Below are positions 34,801 through 46,958 of a DNA stretch of 64,000 nucleotides, piece after piece. The position numbers and the translations under genes are program-made. How positions within the stretch are numbered: position 1 is the stretch's first letter; the number at the start of each line of letters is the position of its first letter. The DNA lies in NCBI RefSeq assembly GCF_902713615.1, contig NW_024055493.1, forward strand, positions 1-64,000. Direction: 5' to 3'. The DNA is from Scyliorhinus canicula (Eukaryota). The notes under the pieces were generated by a model. It was not told where the DNA came from. It did not search any database and saw only the letters and a list, made by a program, of their open reading frames with translations.

Positions 34801-37800
34801 GAGTGAGAGTTTGTCAGGGAGGGTGGGTGAGAGAGTGTTTGTCAGGGTGGGTGGGTGAGTGAGAGTGTGTCAGGGAGGGTGGGTGAGAGAGTGAGTGAGG
34901 GAGGGTGGGGTGAGTGAGAGTGTATCAGGGAGGGTGGTGAGTGAGAGTTTGTCAGGGAGGGTGGGTGAGAGAGTGAGTGAGGGAGGGTGGGTGAGTGAGA
35001 GTGTGTCAGGGAGGGTGGGTGAGTGTGTGAGTGTGTCAGGGAGGCTGGGTGAGTGAGAGTATGTCGGGGAGGGTGGGTGAGAGAGTGTATCAGGGAGGGT
35101 GGTGAGTGAGAGTTTGTCAGGGAGGGTGGGTGAGAGAGTGAGTGAGGAAGGGTGGGTGAGTGAGAGTGTGTCAGGGAGTGTGGGTGAGTGACAGTGTGTC
35201 AGGGAGGGTGGGTGAGTGAGAGTGTGTCAGGGAGGGTAGGTGAGAGAGTGTTTGTCAGGGTGGGTGGGTGAGTGAGAGTGTGTCAGGGAGGGTGGGTGAG
35301 TGAGAGTGTGTCAGGGAGGGTGGGTAAGTGTGTGAGTGTGTCAGGGAGGGTGGGTGTGTGAGAGTGTGTCAGGGAGGGTGGGTGAGTGAGAGTGTGTCAG
35401 GGAGGGTGGGTGAGTGAGAGTGTGTCAGGGAGGGGGGGGTGAGTCTGTGTGTGTCAGGGAGGGTGGGTGAGTGCGAGTGTGTTACGGAGGGTGGGTGAGT
35501 CTGTGTGTGTCAGGGAGGGTGGGTGAGTGAGAGTGTGTCAGGAAGGGTGGTGAGTGAGAGTGTGTCAGTGAGGGTGGGTGAGAGAGAGTGTGTCAGGGAG
35601 GGAGGGTGAGTGTGTGTGTGCCAGGGAGGATGGATGAGTGAGAGTGTGTCAGGGCGGGTGGGTGAGTGAGTGTCTGTCAGGGAGGGGGGGGGGAGAGTGT
35701 GTGTCAGAGAGGGAGGGTGAGTGAGAGAGTGTCAGGGAGGGTGGGTGAGTGAGTGTGTGTCAGGGAGGGAGGGTCAGTGAGTGTGTGTCAGGGAGGGTGG
35801 GTGAGTGAAAGTGTGTCAGGGAGGGTGGGTGAGTGAGACTGTGCCAGGGAGAGTGGGTGAGTGTGTGTGTCAGGGAGGGTGGATGACTGAGAGTGTGTCA
35901 GGGAGGGTGGGCGAGTGAGAGTGTGTCAGGGAGGGTGGGTGAGTGTGAGTGTGTCAGGGAGGGTGGGTGAGTGAGAGTGAGTCAGGGAGGGTGGGTGAGT
36001 GAGAGTGTGTCAGTGAGTGTTAGTCAGGGAGGGTGGGTGAGTGAGAGTTTCAGGGAGGGTGGATGAGTGTGTGTGTGTCAGGGATGGGGTGGGTGTGTGA
36101 GATTGTGTCAGGAGAGTGGGTGAGCGAAAGTGTGTCAGGGAGGGTATGTGAGTGAGTGTGTGTCAGGGAGGGTGTGTGAGTGAGTGTGTGTCTGGGAGGG
36201 TGGGTGATTGAGAGTGTGTCAGGGAGGGTGTGTGAGTTAGTGTCTGTCAGGGTGGATGGGGGTGATGAGTGGGTGTAAGGGAAGGTGGGTCAGTGAGTGT
36301 GTGTCAGGGAGCGTGGATGAGTGAGAGTGTGTCAGGGAGGGTGGGTGAGTGAGAGTGTGTCAGGGAGGGTGGGTGAGTGAGAGTGTGTCAGGGAGGGTGG
36401 GTGAGTGAGAATGTGTCAGGGAGGGTGGAAGAGTGAGAATGTGTCAGGGAGGGTGGGTGTGTGAGAGTGTGTCAGGGAGTGTGGGTGAGTGAGAGTGTGT
36501 CAGGGAGGGTGGGTGAGTGAGAGTGTGTCAGGGAGGGTGGGTGAGTGAGAGTGTGTCAGGGAGGGTGGGTGAGTGAGAGTGTGTCAGGGAGGGTGGTGAG
36601 TGAGAGTGTGTCAGGGAGGGTGGGTGAGTGAGAGTGTGTCAGGGAGGGTGGGTGAGTGAGAGTGTGTCAGGGAGGGTGGGTGAGTGAGAGTGTGTCAGGG
36701 AGGGTGGGTGAGTGAGAGTGTGTCAGGGAGGGTGGGTGAGTGAGAGTGTGTCAGGGAGGGTGGGTGAGTGAGAGTGTGTCAGGGAGGGTGGGTGAGTGAG
36801 AGTGTGTCAGGGAGGGTGGGTGAGTGAGAGTGTGTCAGGGAGGGTGGGTGAGTGAGAGTGTGTCAGGGAGGGTGGGTGAGTGAGAGTGTGTCAGGGAGGG
36901 TGGGTGAGTGAGAGTGTGTCAGGGAGGGTGGGTGAGTAGAGTGTGTCAGGGAGGGTGGGTGAGTGAGAGTGTGTCAGGGAGGGTGGGTGAGTGAGAGTGT
37001 GTCAGGGAGGGTGGGTGAGTGAGAGTGTGTCAGGGAGGGTAGGTGAGTGAGAGTGTTTGTCAGGGTGGGTGGGTGAGTGAGAGTGTGTCAGGGAGGGTGG
37101 GTGAGTGAGAGTGTGTCAGGGAGGGTGGGTGAGTGTGTGAGTGTGTCAGGGAGGGTGGGTGTGTGAGAGTGTGTCAGGGAGGGTGGGTGAGTGAGAGTGT
37201 GTCAGGGAGGGTGGGTGAGTGAGAGTGTGTCAGGGAGGGGGGGTGGGGTGAGTCTGTGTGTGTCAGGGAGGGTGGGTGAGTGCGAGTGTGTTACGGAGGG
37301 TGGGTGAGTCTGTGTGTGTCAGGGAGGGTGGGTGAGTGAGAGTGTGTCAGGAAGGGTGGTGAGTGAGAGTGTGTCAGTGAGGGTGGGTGAGAGAGAGTGT
37401 GTCAGGGAGGGAGGGTGAGTGTGTGTGTGCCAGGGAGGATGGATGAGTGAGAGTGTGTCAGGGCGGGTGGGTGAATGAGTGTCTGTCAGGGAGGGTGGGG
37501 GAGTGAGAGTGTGTCAGAGAGGGAGGGTGAGTGAGAGAGTGTCAGGGAGGGTGGGTGAGTGAGTGTGTGTCAGGGAGGGTGGGGTTGAGTGTGTGTCAGA
37601 GAGGGAGGGTGAATGTGTGTGTGTCAGGGAGGATGGATGAGTGACAGTGTATCAGGGAGGGTGGGTGGGTGAGAGTGTGTCAGGGTTGGTGGGTGAGAGA
37701 GAGTGTGTCAGGGAGGGAGGGTGAGTGTGTGTGTGCCAGGGAGGATGGGTGATTGAGGGTGGGTGAGTGAGAGTGGATCAGGGAGGTGTGTCAGGGAGGG

Positions 37801-38545
37801 TGGATGAGTGAGAGTGTGTCGGGGAGGGTGGGTGAGAGAGTGTGTCAGGGCGGGTGGGTGACTGAGAGTGTGTCAGGGAGGGTGGGTGAGTGACAGTGCG
37901 TCTGGGTGGGTGAGTGTGTGTGTCAGGGAGGGTGGATGAGTGAGAGTGTGTCGGGGAGGGTGGGTGAGAGAGTGTGTCAGTGAGGGAGGGTGAGTGAGTG
38001 TGTGTCAGGGCGGGTGGGTGAGTGAGAGTGTGTCAGGGAGGGTGGGTGAGTGAGAGTGTGTCAGGGAGGGTGGGTGAGTGAGAGTGTGTCAGGGAGGGTG
38101 GGTGAGTGAGGGTGGGTGAGTGAGAGTGCGTCAGTGAGGGTGGGTGAGTGAGAGTGTGTCAGCGAGTGTGGGTGAGTGAGAGTGTGTCAGGGAGGGTGGG
38201 TGAGTGTGAGTGTGTCAGGGAGGGTGGGTCAGTGAGTGTGTGTCACCGAGGGAGGGTGAGTGAGAGTGTGTCAGGGAGAGTGAGTGAGTGAGAGTGTGTC
38301 AGGGAGTGTGTGTGAGTGAGAGTGTGTCAGGGAGGGTGGGGGAGTGAGAGTGTGTCAGGGAGGGTGGGTGAGTGAGAGTGTGTCAGGGAGGGTGGGTGAG
38401 TGAGAGTGTGTCAGGGAGGGTGTCTGTGTGAGAGTGTGTCGTGGCGGGTGGTTGAGTGAGAGTGTGTCAGGGAGGGTGGTTGAGTGAGAGTGTGTCAGGG
38501 AGGGTGGTTGAGTGAGAGTGTGTCGGGGAGGGTGGTTGAGTGAGG
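31860..38545. repeat. 28-bp G-rich satellite, about 240 copies, with higher-order repeats of about 1.8-1.9 kb
   Basis: Unit TGAGAGTGTGTCAGGGAGGGTGGGTGAG; marker TGTTAGTCAG recurs at 32291, 34085 and 36018. Confidence 0.97.
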
Positions 38546-38900
38546 GTAAGTGAGTAAGGGTGAGTGTGATTGTGGGTGTGAGGGTGGGTGTGAGGGTTGT
38601 TAAGGAAATATGTATTATTGAGGTTAGGTGAATGAGGGTGAATGAGTGATGGTGAGTGAGTGAGTGAAGACTGGTGAGTGAGGGCGAGTGAGCGTGGATG
38701 AGTGAGTGGCCGCGATGGTCCTTCCCAGGTGCTCCCAGCCCATTAGGACGATGTTCCTCTGGATAAGTTTCCTCTCAGGCTCAGCTTCCTATTGCCTGTT
38801 GTCCACAGCCGAGCTGGGGGCTCTTCCATTCGGCTCCACCACCTCCACCACCTCCTCTTCCTCTCCATCTATCCTGTCCTGATTCTCCACATTGATCAGC

Positions 38901-39288
38901 TTTCAGTAACACGGGCTGTGCACAGTCAGACAGCAGTGTAGATCACTGGGCAGCTGCTTTAATACTTTCAGTAACACCGGCTGTGTACAGTCAGACAGCA
39001 GTGTAGATCACTGGGCAGCTGCTTTAATACTTTCAGTAACACCGGCTTTGTACAGTCAGACAGCAGTGTAGATCACTGGGCAGCTGCTTTAATACTGTCA
39101 GTAACACCGGCTGTGTACAGTCAGACAGCAGTGTAGATTACTGGGCAGCTGCTTTAATACTGTCAGTAACACCGGCTGTGTACAGTCAGACAGCAGTGTA
39201 GATCACTGGGCAGCAGCTTTAATACTTTCAGTAACACCGGCTGTGTACAGTCAGACAGCAGTGTAGATCACTGGGCAGCTGCTTTAAT
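38901..39288. repeat. 6 x 65-bp tandem repeat with CAGCTG E-boxes
   Basis: Unit starts at 38901, 38966, 39031, 39096, 39161 and 39226; five copies carry GGGCAGCTGC. Confidence 0.95.
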
Positions 39289-39419
39289 GCCGATGTAATT
39301 TCATTTTGTACAAAACAATTCGGAACTTCAACAATGAACATTCCTGCAATTTAAGAGATTTTCATTTTACAAATGGCAATTTCGGGCCGTAAAATTGCTG
39401 TTATATTTTGTCAAAGTGT

Positions 39420-40660
39420 TTTCTTCATTTTTGTGCTGTAGGAGTCTCTGGCTGGGCCAGCATTTATTTCCCATCCCTCAGTGTCCTTGAGAAGATGGTG
39501 GTGAGCTTCATTCTTCAACCACTGCAGTCCATGTGGTGTTTGGGAGGCAGCTCCAGAATTTTGAATCATGGATAGTGAAGGAACAATGTGATATTTGGAG
39601 ATCACGATGGTGAGAGGCTGAATGGAGAAATTCCAGTTGGTGATGTTCCCATGTGTCTGCTGTCCTTGTCCAGATGGTAGCTGTTGTGAGTTGGAAGCTG
39701 CTGTCGAAGGAGCCATGACGAGTTCCTGCAGAGCATGTTGTAGGTGTTACACACTGCTGCCAGTGTTCCTCAGTGGTGGAGGGAGGGAGTGGTTGTCGAT
39801 GGTGTGCCAATCACTTTGTCCTGGATGATGTTGAGTTTTTGAGTGTCGTTGGAGCTGTATTCATTCAGACAAGTGGAGAGTATTCCATCACACTCCTGAA
39901 CCGTGCCTTGCAGATGGTGATATGGAGATGCCGGCGTTGGACTGGGGTGAGCACAGTAAGAAGTCTCACTCAGGTGACTCACCTGATGAAGGAGCTGCAC
40001 TCCGAAAGCTAGGGATTCCAAACAAACCTGTTGGACTTTAACCTGGTGTTGCAGATGGTGGACAGGCTTTGGGGTGTCAGGAGGTGTTTTTGTTGCAGAA
40101 TTCCGAGTCTCTGACCTCTTGTCACAGCCACGCAGTGTATATGGCGAGTCCAGTTCAGTTTCTGGTCAATGGTCAGCAGGAGATTCAGCGATGGTAATTC
40201 CATTGAATGGCATTGGGGTGATCGTTCGATCTTCGCTTGTTTGAGATGTCCATTGCGTGCACTTGTCTGGTGTGAATGTTCCTTTCCCCTTGTCAGCCCA
40301 CGCCTGGATATAGTCCAGATCTTGCTGCATTTAGCAATGGACTGCTTCAGTAATTACGGAGTCGTGAATGGTGCTGAACATCGTTCAATGATCAGCCAAA
40401 ATCCCCATTTCTGACTTTTGGAAGGTCATTGCTGAAGCAGCTAAAGATGGCGGGGCCGACACTGAGGAACCCCTGCAGTGATGTCCTGGAACTGAGATGA
40501 TTGATCTCCAACAATCGAAACCGTCTTCCTTTCCGCTCGGTATGACTCAAACCAGCGGGGAATTTCCCCCCGATTCCCATAAACTTCAGTTTTGTTCGGG
40601 GTCCTTAATGCAACACTGGTTCAAATGTTGCCTTGATGTCACGAACAGTCACACTCAGCT
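39420..40660 (-). mobile_element. Non-LTR retrotransposon relic (CR1/L2 superclade, second family), interrupted by a Penelope-like insert
   Basis: Minus strand LNLLLTIDQKLNWTRHI and related RT-end/3' UTR sequence; homologous to 51520-52370 and 55090-56450. Confidence 0.7.
39920..40050 (+). mobile_element. Penelope-like inverted terminal insert with hammerhead motif and direct-repeat flanks
   Basis: CTGATGA-A-GGAG/CTCC-GAAA-GC-TA at 39983-40011; TTGCAGATGGTG on both sides (39908-39919 and 40049-40060). Confidence 0.65.
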
Positions 40661-42470
40661 GTCTGTGCGTTCTTGTGTGTGTATCCCTGTGTGCGTGTTC
40701 CTAGGTGTTCATGTGTGTGTGTGTGAGCGTGTGTCTGTCCCTGTGTGTGTGTCCCTCTGTATCCCCGTGTGCGTGTTACTGTGTGTCTGTGAGTGTGTGT
40801 ATCTGTTCCTGTTTATGTGCTGCTGTGTGTGTGATGAGTGTGTGTGTGCTCCTGAGTATGTGTGTGTGAACATATGTGTGTGTTCCTGTGTGCCCCTATG
40901 TGTGTGTTCCTGTGTGTGAGAGAGACAGAGTACGTGTATGTATGTGAGATAGGTGTTAGAGGGAGAATAAAATAATTTGCAAGGGAGAATTTCTGTGTGA
41001 GTGTGTGTGAGGGGATGTGTGTGAGAGAGATTTTGTGTGTGAGTGAGGGAGGCAATGTGTGTGTGTGTGTAATGGGAAGATTGTGTGCGTGAGTTCGAGA
41101 TTGTGTGTGTATGTGAGTGTGTGTGAGAGATTAGAGAGCATGTGGGTGTGTACCTCAGACAGTGAGAGAGAGACCACGTGTGTCAGAGAGAGACAGAATG
41201 TGTGGGCACGTTTGTGTGTTTCTGAGAACATGTGATAGAGTATGCCAAAGAACATAGAACATAGAACATAGAACGATACAGCGCAGTACAGGCCCTTCGG
41301 CCCACGATGTTGCACCGACATGGGAAGTCAAAAACTAAAGGCCATCTAACCTACACTATGCCATTATCATCCATATTCTTATCCAATAAACTTTTAAATG
41401 CCCTCAACATGTCTGTGTTTGAGTGAAAGAAAGTGTGTTCACGAGGTATGTATGTACCAGTGTGTGTCAGAGAGAGAAATAAGTGCTTGTGTGAGTATGT
41501 ATGTGTTTGTGTATGAGAGTGTGCATGTGCGAAAGAGAGAGATTGTGAGTGAGAGAGACACGTGACACAATGTGCATGAGAGCGAGCAGGTGAGAGAATG
41601 TATGTGTGTGACAGGGTGCGTGTTTGTGTCTGTGGAAGTGTGTGTGAGAGAAAGGGAGAGAGATAGTATGTTTGAGATTATGTGTGTGAAAGAAGGAATG
41701 ATTATGTTTGAAGAGCGATTATGGATGTGAGACTGTGTGTGGGAGGGAGAGATCTGTGTGTCTGAGACAGTGTGTCTGCCATAGAGAGGGAGTGTGTGAG
41801 AGAAAGAATGTGCGGACGAGAGAGTGTGTGTGTCAGAGAGAGAGAGAATATGTGAGAGTGTGAGATACTGCATGCCTGAAAGAGAGAAATAGATTGTTTG
41901 TCAACAGAGAGAGAGAATGAGACAGTGTCCATGAGAGAGAGAGAGGGTATGTGCCAGGGTGCACGTTTGAGAGAGCGTGTGAGCGAGAGAGTGAGAGAGT
42001 AATAATGTGTTGGTGAGTTTGTGTGCGTCTGAGATATTGTATATGTATATAAGAGGGAATGTGTGTGAGAGAGAGTCTGAAAGAAAAAAATGCTACGTTT
42101 TCATTTTGAATTTGTGATTTTCATTTGAAGAGCGATTATGCATGTATGTGAGGGAGAGAGGCGGTCTGTGTGTTTGAGAGTGGGTGTGAGAGTGAGGCAA
42201 GGTGTATCAGAGATTTGGTGAAGGAGAGTGCGTGTGAGATAGAGCGTGTGTGAGTGAGAGCGCGTGTGAGTGAATGTGTGTGTGAGAGATCATCACAGTG
42301 TGTCTGAGAGTGAGATCGTGAGTGTGTGATTGCGTGTGAGGCACAGTGTGTATGTTTGAAAGAAGTATTGTGATTATGTGCGTGAGATAATTAGTTTATG
42401 TGAGTATGTAAGAGAAATAGCGAATGAGAGAGCGAGAGTGTGTATGTGTTTGTGATAATGCATGGGTGCA
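40660..42470. repeat. Degenerate (TG)/(AG) low-complexity tract with a CR1 tail at about 41250-41410
   Basis: TGTG/GAGA runs; (CATAGAA)n CR1-type tail. Confidence 0.85.
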
Positions 42471-44769
42471 CCAAAACCTGCAAGTTCCCCTCCAAGACAC
42501 TCACCATCCTGATTTGGAAATATACTGCCAATCCTTCACTGTGGCCGAGTCAAAATCTGGACCTCCCTCCCGAGCAATATTGCAGATATACCTCCGCCAC
42601 ATGGACTGCAGCTATTCAAGGATACTTCGCATCAAAACTTTCCCAAGGACCCTTAGGGATATATAATAATATCTAGCCTCGCCAGCGCCTCCAGAATCCT
42701 AGGATAGGATTAAAAATCAAATGCAAAGGGATTTCTCCGCTGCACTGACGCATTAAATAGATCAAGGACTGCCATAGCACGGAATGTAACCCAATAAATC
42801 GCTCTCTGGATTGCCGAATCAAAAATTCCCAAGACCGATATATCACTGCTTAAAAATCAACCAAATCTCCTTCTCCAGCCTGTCTGGCGTTGCTGAATTC
42901 TTTCTGACTGTCACAATCTGGGTTTGGAATCCCCTTTCTGAGTCGCCTAGTCAAACATCAAGTATAATTTCCACATTCCACACAGATACAAGTTTTATTG
43001 AAGAGATTGATCAAATTGCACTCCCTGAAATACTGGAAAATGAAGCAGAAGATTTACAACCAGTCAGGAAGATTCCTGGTCCCAGCACAGTGACCGCACG
43101 CACAGAGACTGAACAGACACAAATGACAACAATAGAGTTCCAGCAGATAGATCTGTTCAATCTGTCAGTTTCATGAAACTGTTTGATTCTAATTTATCAA
43201 TGGTCAACTTCCGACAACAATAATTTAGTGACTTATTTGAAATTAAACTGACATTAATTTCAAAACTGTATTCGGTTTTTAACTATTTTTCCCTGTCTAT
43301 CTCAAAACTCGATAATTGGGCAAAAAGTAGTTTTGCTGAAAATGAGCAGGTTAAATATTACAGATTCAGGGTAGATTAATGACGGAACAGAGACTCAGTG
43401 ACAGGGCAATAATTAAACAAACCAGGAAACATTTACATTACCCACTGATATGATCGAAAAACACAATTAAATGTAATCAGAAAAAGAATCAGGGCAAAAG
43501 AATGTAATCAGAAAAATAATTGAGCTGCACACAGCAGTATAATGAAATGTATGGTTTCCTAAATTAATTTTAGATATTATTAAAATTCTCTAAAACATTT
43601 GAGATATTGCACGCCAGTATACAACTCAATTGTAGGAGATCATTTATGTTGAATTAATTCTCACTGATATTGTACTGTAAGTTATTGTTAATTGTCAGCT
43701 AATTCTTTATTCGATTATCTGTACTATGATAATAAATATAATAAAAATAGCATTCAATAATCCCCAAATTGTTTTTACCCAGAGCGTTATGAAATAATTG
43801 GGGTTTAATTAAAACAACCTGACAATCAAATAATGTTGAACAGTAAACTCCAAATTACTCGATGGAAACATCTGAACATTTAATTGACCATATTCACATT
43901 TCTTTAAACTCCAATTGCTCTATTCGACCTACAAATGTGTAAAATATGCGCCTTTCTGGAAACATTGATAAATCATAAACTCCATCTATTCTCAGAAAGT
44001 AATGAATATAACGAGAACAGCTCAGTAATATTTATTCAAATCATTTGCAAAACTCACCCATTATGAACAAGTGGAGTGGATAATTTGTTGTTGAATTTAG
44101 CATTTAATAAAATTTAAGCCGAAAGCTAAGATATAATCATTCTTACTTTCCTATCATCTGTTCTTCCTATAATTCTATCGTGTGTAGAGCACAGCTATGG
44201 GAGACAGGATGTCATTATAAAATGCAAAGGTACTGTTAAACTTTTGTAACTAAATAAATACATCGGTTTGACATTCAAGCTTTTACTTTTCAATCTCTTG
44301 CCATATGCAATCTGAACTTTCCTATAATACAAATAAAATCATGGGAACAATTCATTGATTGGCACCGACTTCCACATCTCAGAAAACTGTTTCAGGTTAG
44401 ATTAGTGATAATTCCCTCGCTATCCAACTACGCATTACAGTGAAGGTATAATATGGTAGCAGCGCCACAGAAATAATAGAATAACTGGAACTACAGAGTA
44501 TTTCCAGCCTCGAAACCTGTCCGGTCATGTTAACCTCGTGCGGAACACAGCAGGATTGTGAAAGGTGATTAATGATGAATTATATTAATCTAAAATAACC
44601 CTTGGTTAATATAGAGTTGTATCACCGCATTGCAATTGTTTGAATTATATAAATGTTACTATGTTCTGCATGGGCGTTTCGGTCATTATTTCGTTTAATC
44701 TGGAAGCATCAGTTAAAATTACAAAATGCATCAATATATCTTTATTCGATTATTTTCTTAAGCTTGGCT

Positions 44770-46130
44770 GTTTTCTCCCGACAATCGCCTTTCAAGCATT
44801 TTCAAACGCCGAGACTGTTTGCATTCAACCAGAAAACGTGCAACCGCTCAGTGTCACCGAGTTTAAACAATGCAGAAACAATGCAGAAACGCTGAACCGT
44901 TTGACAGATCTGAATCATTTAAAGTCACCCAGATACACAATCTCCTCAGCAGAACAAAACACTAAATCACATCAATGAAACCCGTTTATGGAGAAGCAAC
45001 TCAACTCTACATCGAACAGGATCAAACTTAACATTGCAAGAAAATATCAATATCCAGCAAACCAGCCCATCGCCAAATGTTGAATTATTAAACTAAACAG
45101 AAAACTGGACTAAGAGCAATAGCATTGCGAGGAGCTGGAATATTAACAACAAATAAATATTGAAACTTTACCACATTTTTTCATATTGAGTCATTTTTCA
45201 AACACATTTAAATGCTTTTAATGTTTGCAGTTGATGGTAAAAGCTGCAACCATCAGATGCCACCGAGATTAAACTTTGCACAAACGGCAAACTGATTGCA
45301 GCAACAACTTGTGCTCGGAAAGGATTGTCGTAAAACGTGCCTTAGTTTAATCTGCAATTTTCACTTTTTTCACGATGCACTAACAGCCTCCCTGTTCTCT
45401 GCCGATAATCCTGCGACAAGCAGTTTCAAACACGTAGACTCTTTGCATTCAATCACAAAACGTGTAACCGCTCAGTGTCACCGGGTTGAAACAATACAGA
45501 CACACCAAACCGTTTCACAAACTTTCCTACACAAAGTCACCCAAAAACATTCCTCAGCAGGAAAACACCAAATCACATCACTGAAGGAGTGAAACATCAT
45601 GGAGAAGCAGCTCAATTCTACAAACCTTCCAAAAGAATCAAATGTAACATTGCAAGAACATCTCAATTTAGAATGCACCAAACCCTCATGTCATCAAATG
45701 AATGAACAGGTAAACTAAACAGAAAACTTGAATAATACCATCAGCACTTTCAGTAAGCAGAACATGTTCAATAAGATAATACAGAAACTTTAGCACATTT
45801 AGTCAATATTGGGATCGATCTCATACACTTGTGCGGAAGACGGTACAAGCTGCAGACATTGGATAGAACCGAGATTAAACATCGTAAAAACAGCCGTTTT
45901 GTATTTAAAGTAACCCAGCCACACAGTATCCTCAGCAAATAAACATCAGATCAGAGCAAACAGGGACTGAATCCCTCAGCAGCATCTTTCTGTCAAGAAA
46001 CCGAGGGATTCTATACCCCCTTTCAACAGAATCAAATGAAACATTGCAACAACATCTCAATACACGATCCACCAAAACACATTTCAGTGAACGAATGGAT
46101 TTTGAAAATACAGAAAAATATAAAACAAAT
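44770..46130. repeat. Old tandem duplication of about 0.6 kb, two copies plus a partial third, just 3' of JH
   Basis: CCGCTCAGTGTCACCG at 44844 and 45468; ACCGAGATTAAAC at 45262 and 45868; AACATTGCAA recurs a third time near 46040. Confidence 0.75.
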
Positions 46131-46171
46131 ACTCAAGTAAAACAGTTGGTAAATGACGGAATGGTTCTTAC

Positions 46172-46219
46172 CTGCAGTCACCGTCACCATGGTGCCTTGT
46201 CCCCAGTAGTCTAGATAGT
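46172..46219 (-). CDS. IGHJ: JH segment
   Basis: YLDYWGQGTMVTVTA with WGXG motif, followed by G|GTAAGA donor. Confidence 0.97.
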
Positions 46220-46258
46220 CACAGTGTCACATTCCCTGGGCTGCTCCATACAATAACC
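46220..46258. other. JH 23-RSS
   Basis: CACAGTG (46220-46226), 23 nt, ACAATAACC (46250-46258), read on +. Confidence 0.93.
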
Positions 46259-46580
46259 GCATCTGCACAAAATAGACAGAAATCCACCATTATTTTAAAC
46301 ATTCACAAACCAACGGCAAAGAGAATTCACGATTAATTTTCAGGAAATTATATTAATATTTGTGGATACCGTTCTCTCTTCATAAATGACCGAATGTTTT
46401 ACATTTCACAGACATGGAAATGTTACTGAAAACACCAACTGTGACTAAATAACGACCACCAAATTTCCACATTAATTCTGATTATTTTGTCAGTGCTGGA
46501 ATCAAATAACACTTCACTGTAAATAAAGTTGGATTGTAAAAGCGAGCACTGAGCCAGCCTCAGCTAATTAGTGCTGAGGG

Positions 46581-46646
46581 GCTTTTTGTATTGATAGTAA
46601 CTGCTGTGCCCCAGGTATCACAGTGAGACACAGCGTGTCAAATACT
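46581..46646 (-). other. IGHD: D2 segment (ATACCTGGGG, 46609-46618) flanked by two 12-RSS
   Basis: J side CACAGCA-12-ACAAAAAGC on -; V side CACAGTG-12-TCAAATACT on +. Confidence 0.88.
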
Positions 46647-46958
46647 GTGGCAGACTGTTAACTGTAAAATACAGAGATTTAATTTCACTGCTTTCCCAAA
46701 AAACTAACTCTCTCTCTTCCAAGAGCGAATGGGTGAATTATTTCAGCTTGTCCGTGTCATTAAATTTATAAAGAAAATCGGAACACTTTTAAACCCTCTG
46801 GGAAGATTTAGCGAGTCGGTCAACAGTGATAAAGTGGAAGATTTTTATACCTTTTTGCAAACTAATATTACTTCCAAACGTTGTTTTATTTAAAACTCAT
46901 TTACTTTAACGTTCGTGCTGTGACGCTGATCACCAATTTGAACAAACTCTATCACTGA

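Noticed and set aside
28797-34858. ORFs rich in P/L/S, G/E/R or T/H
   Set aside because: Translations of C-rich and G-rich tandem repeats.
38710-38900. Short acidic peptide (LINVENQDRIDGEEEEVEVVEP) on the minus strand
   Set aside because: Only about 35 codons before a stop, with no start, splice signals or recognisable family.
1-39288. Tandem arrays as CRISPR-like loci
   Set aside because: No unique spacers between repeats, no cas genes, and the context is vertebrate.
42811-43176. 121-aa + strand ORF in the J-C intron
   Set aside because: Non-ATG start, no domain motif, antisense to IgM; length is within chance expectation.
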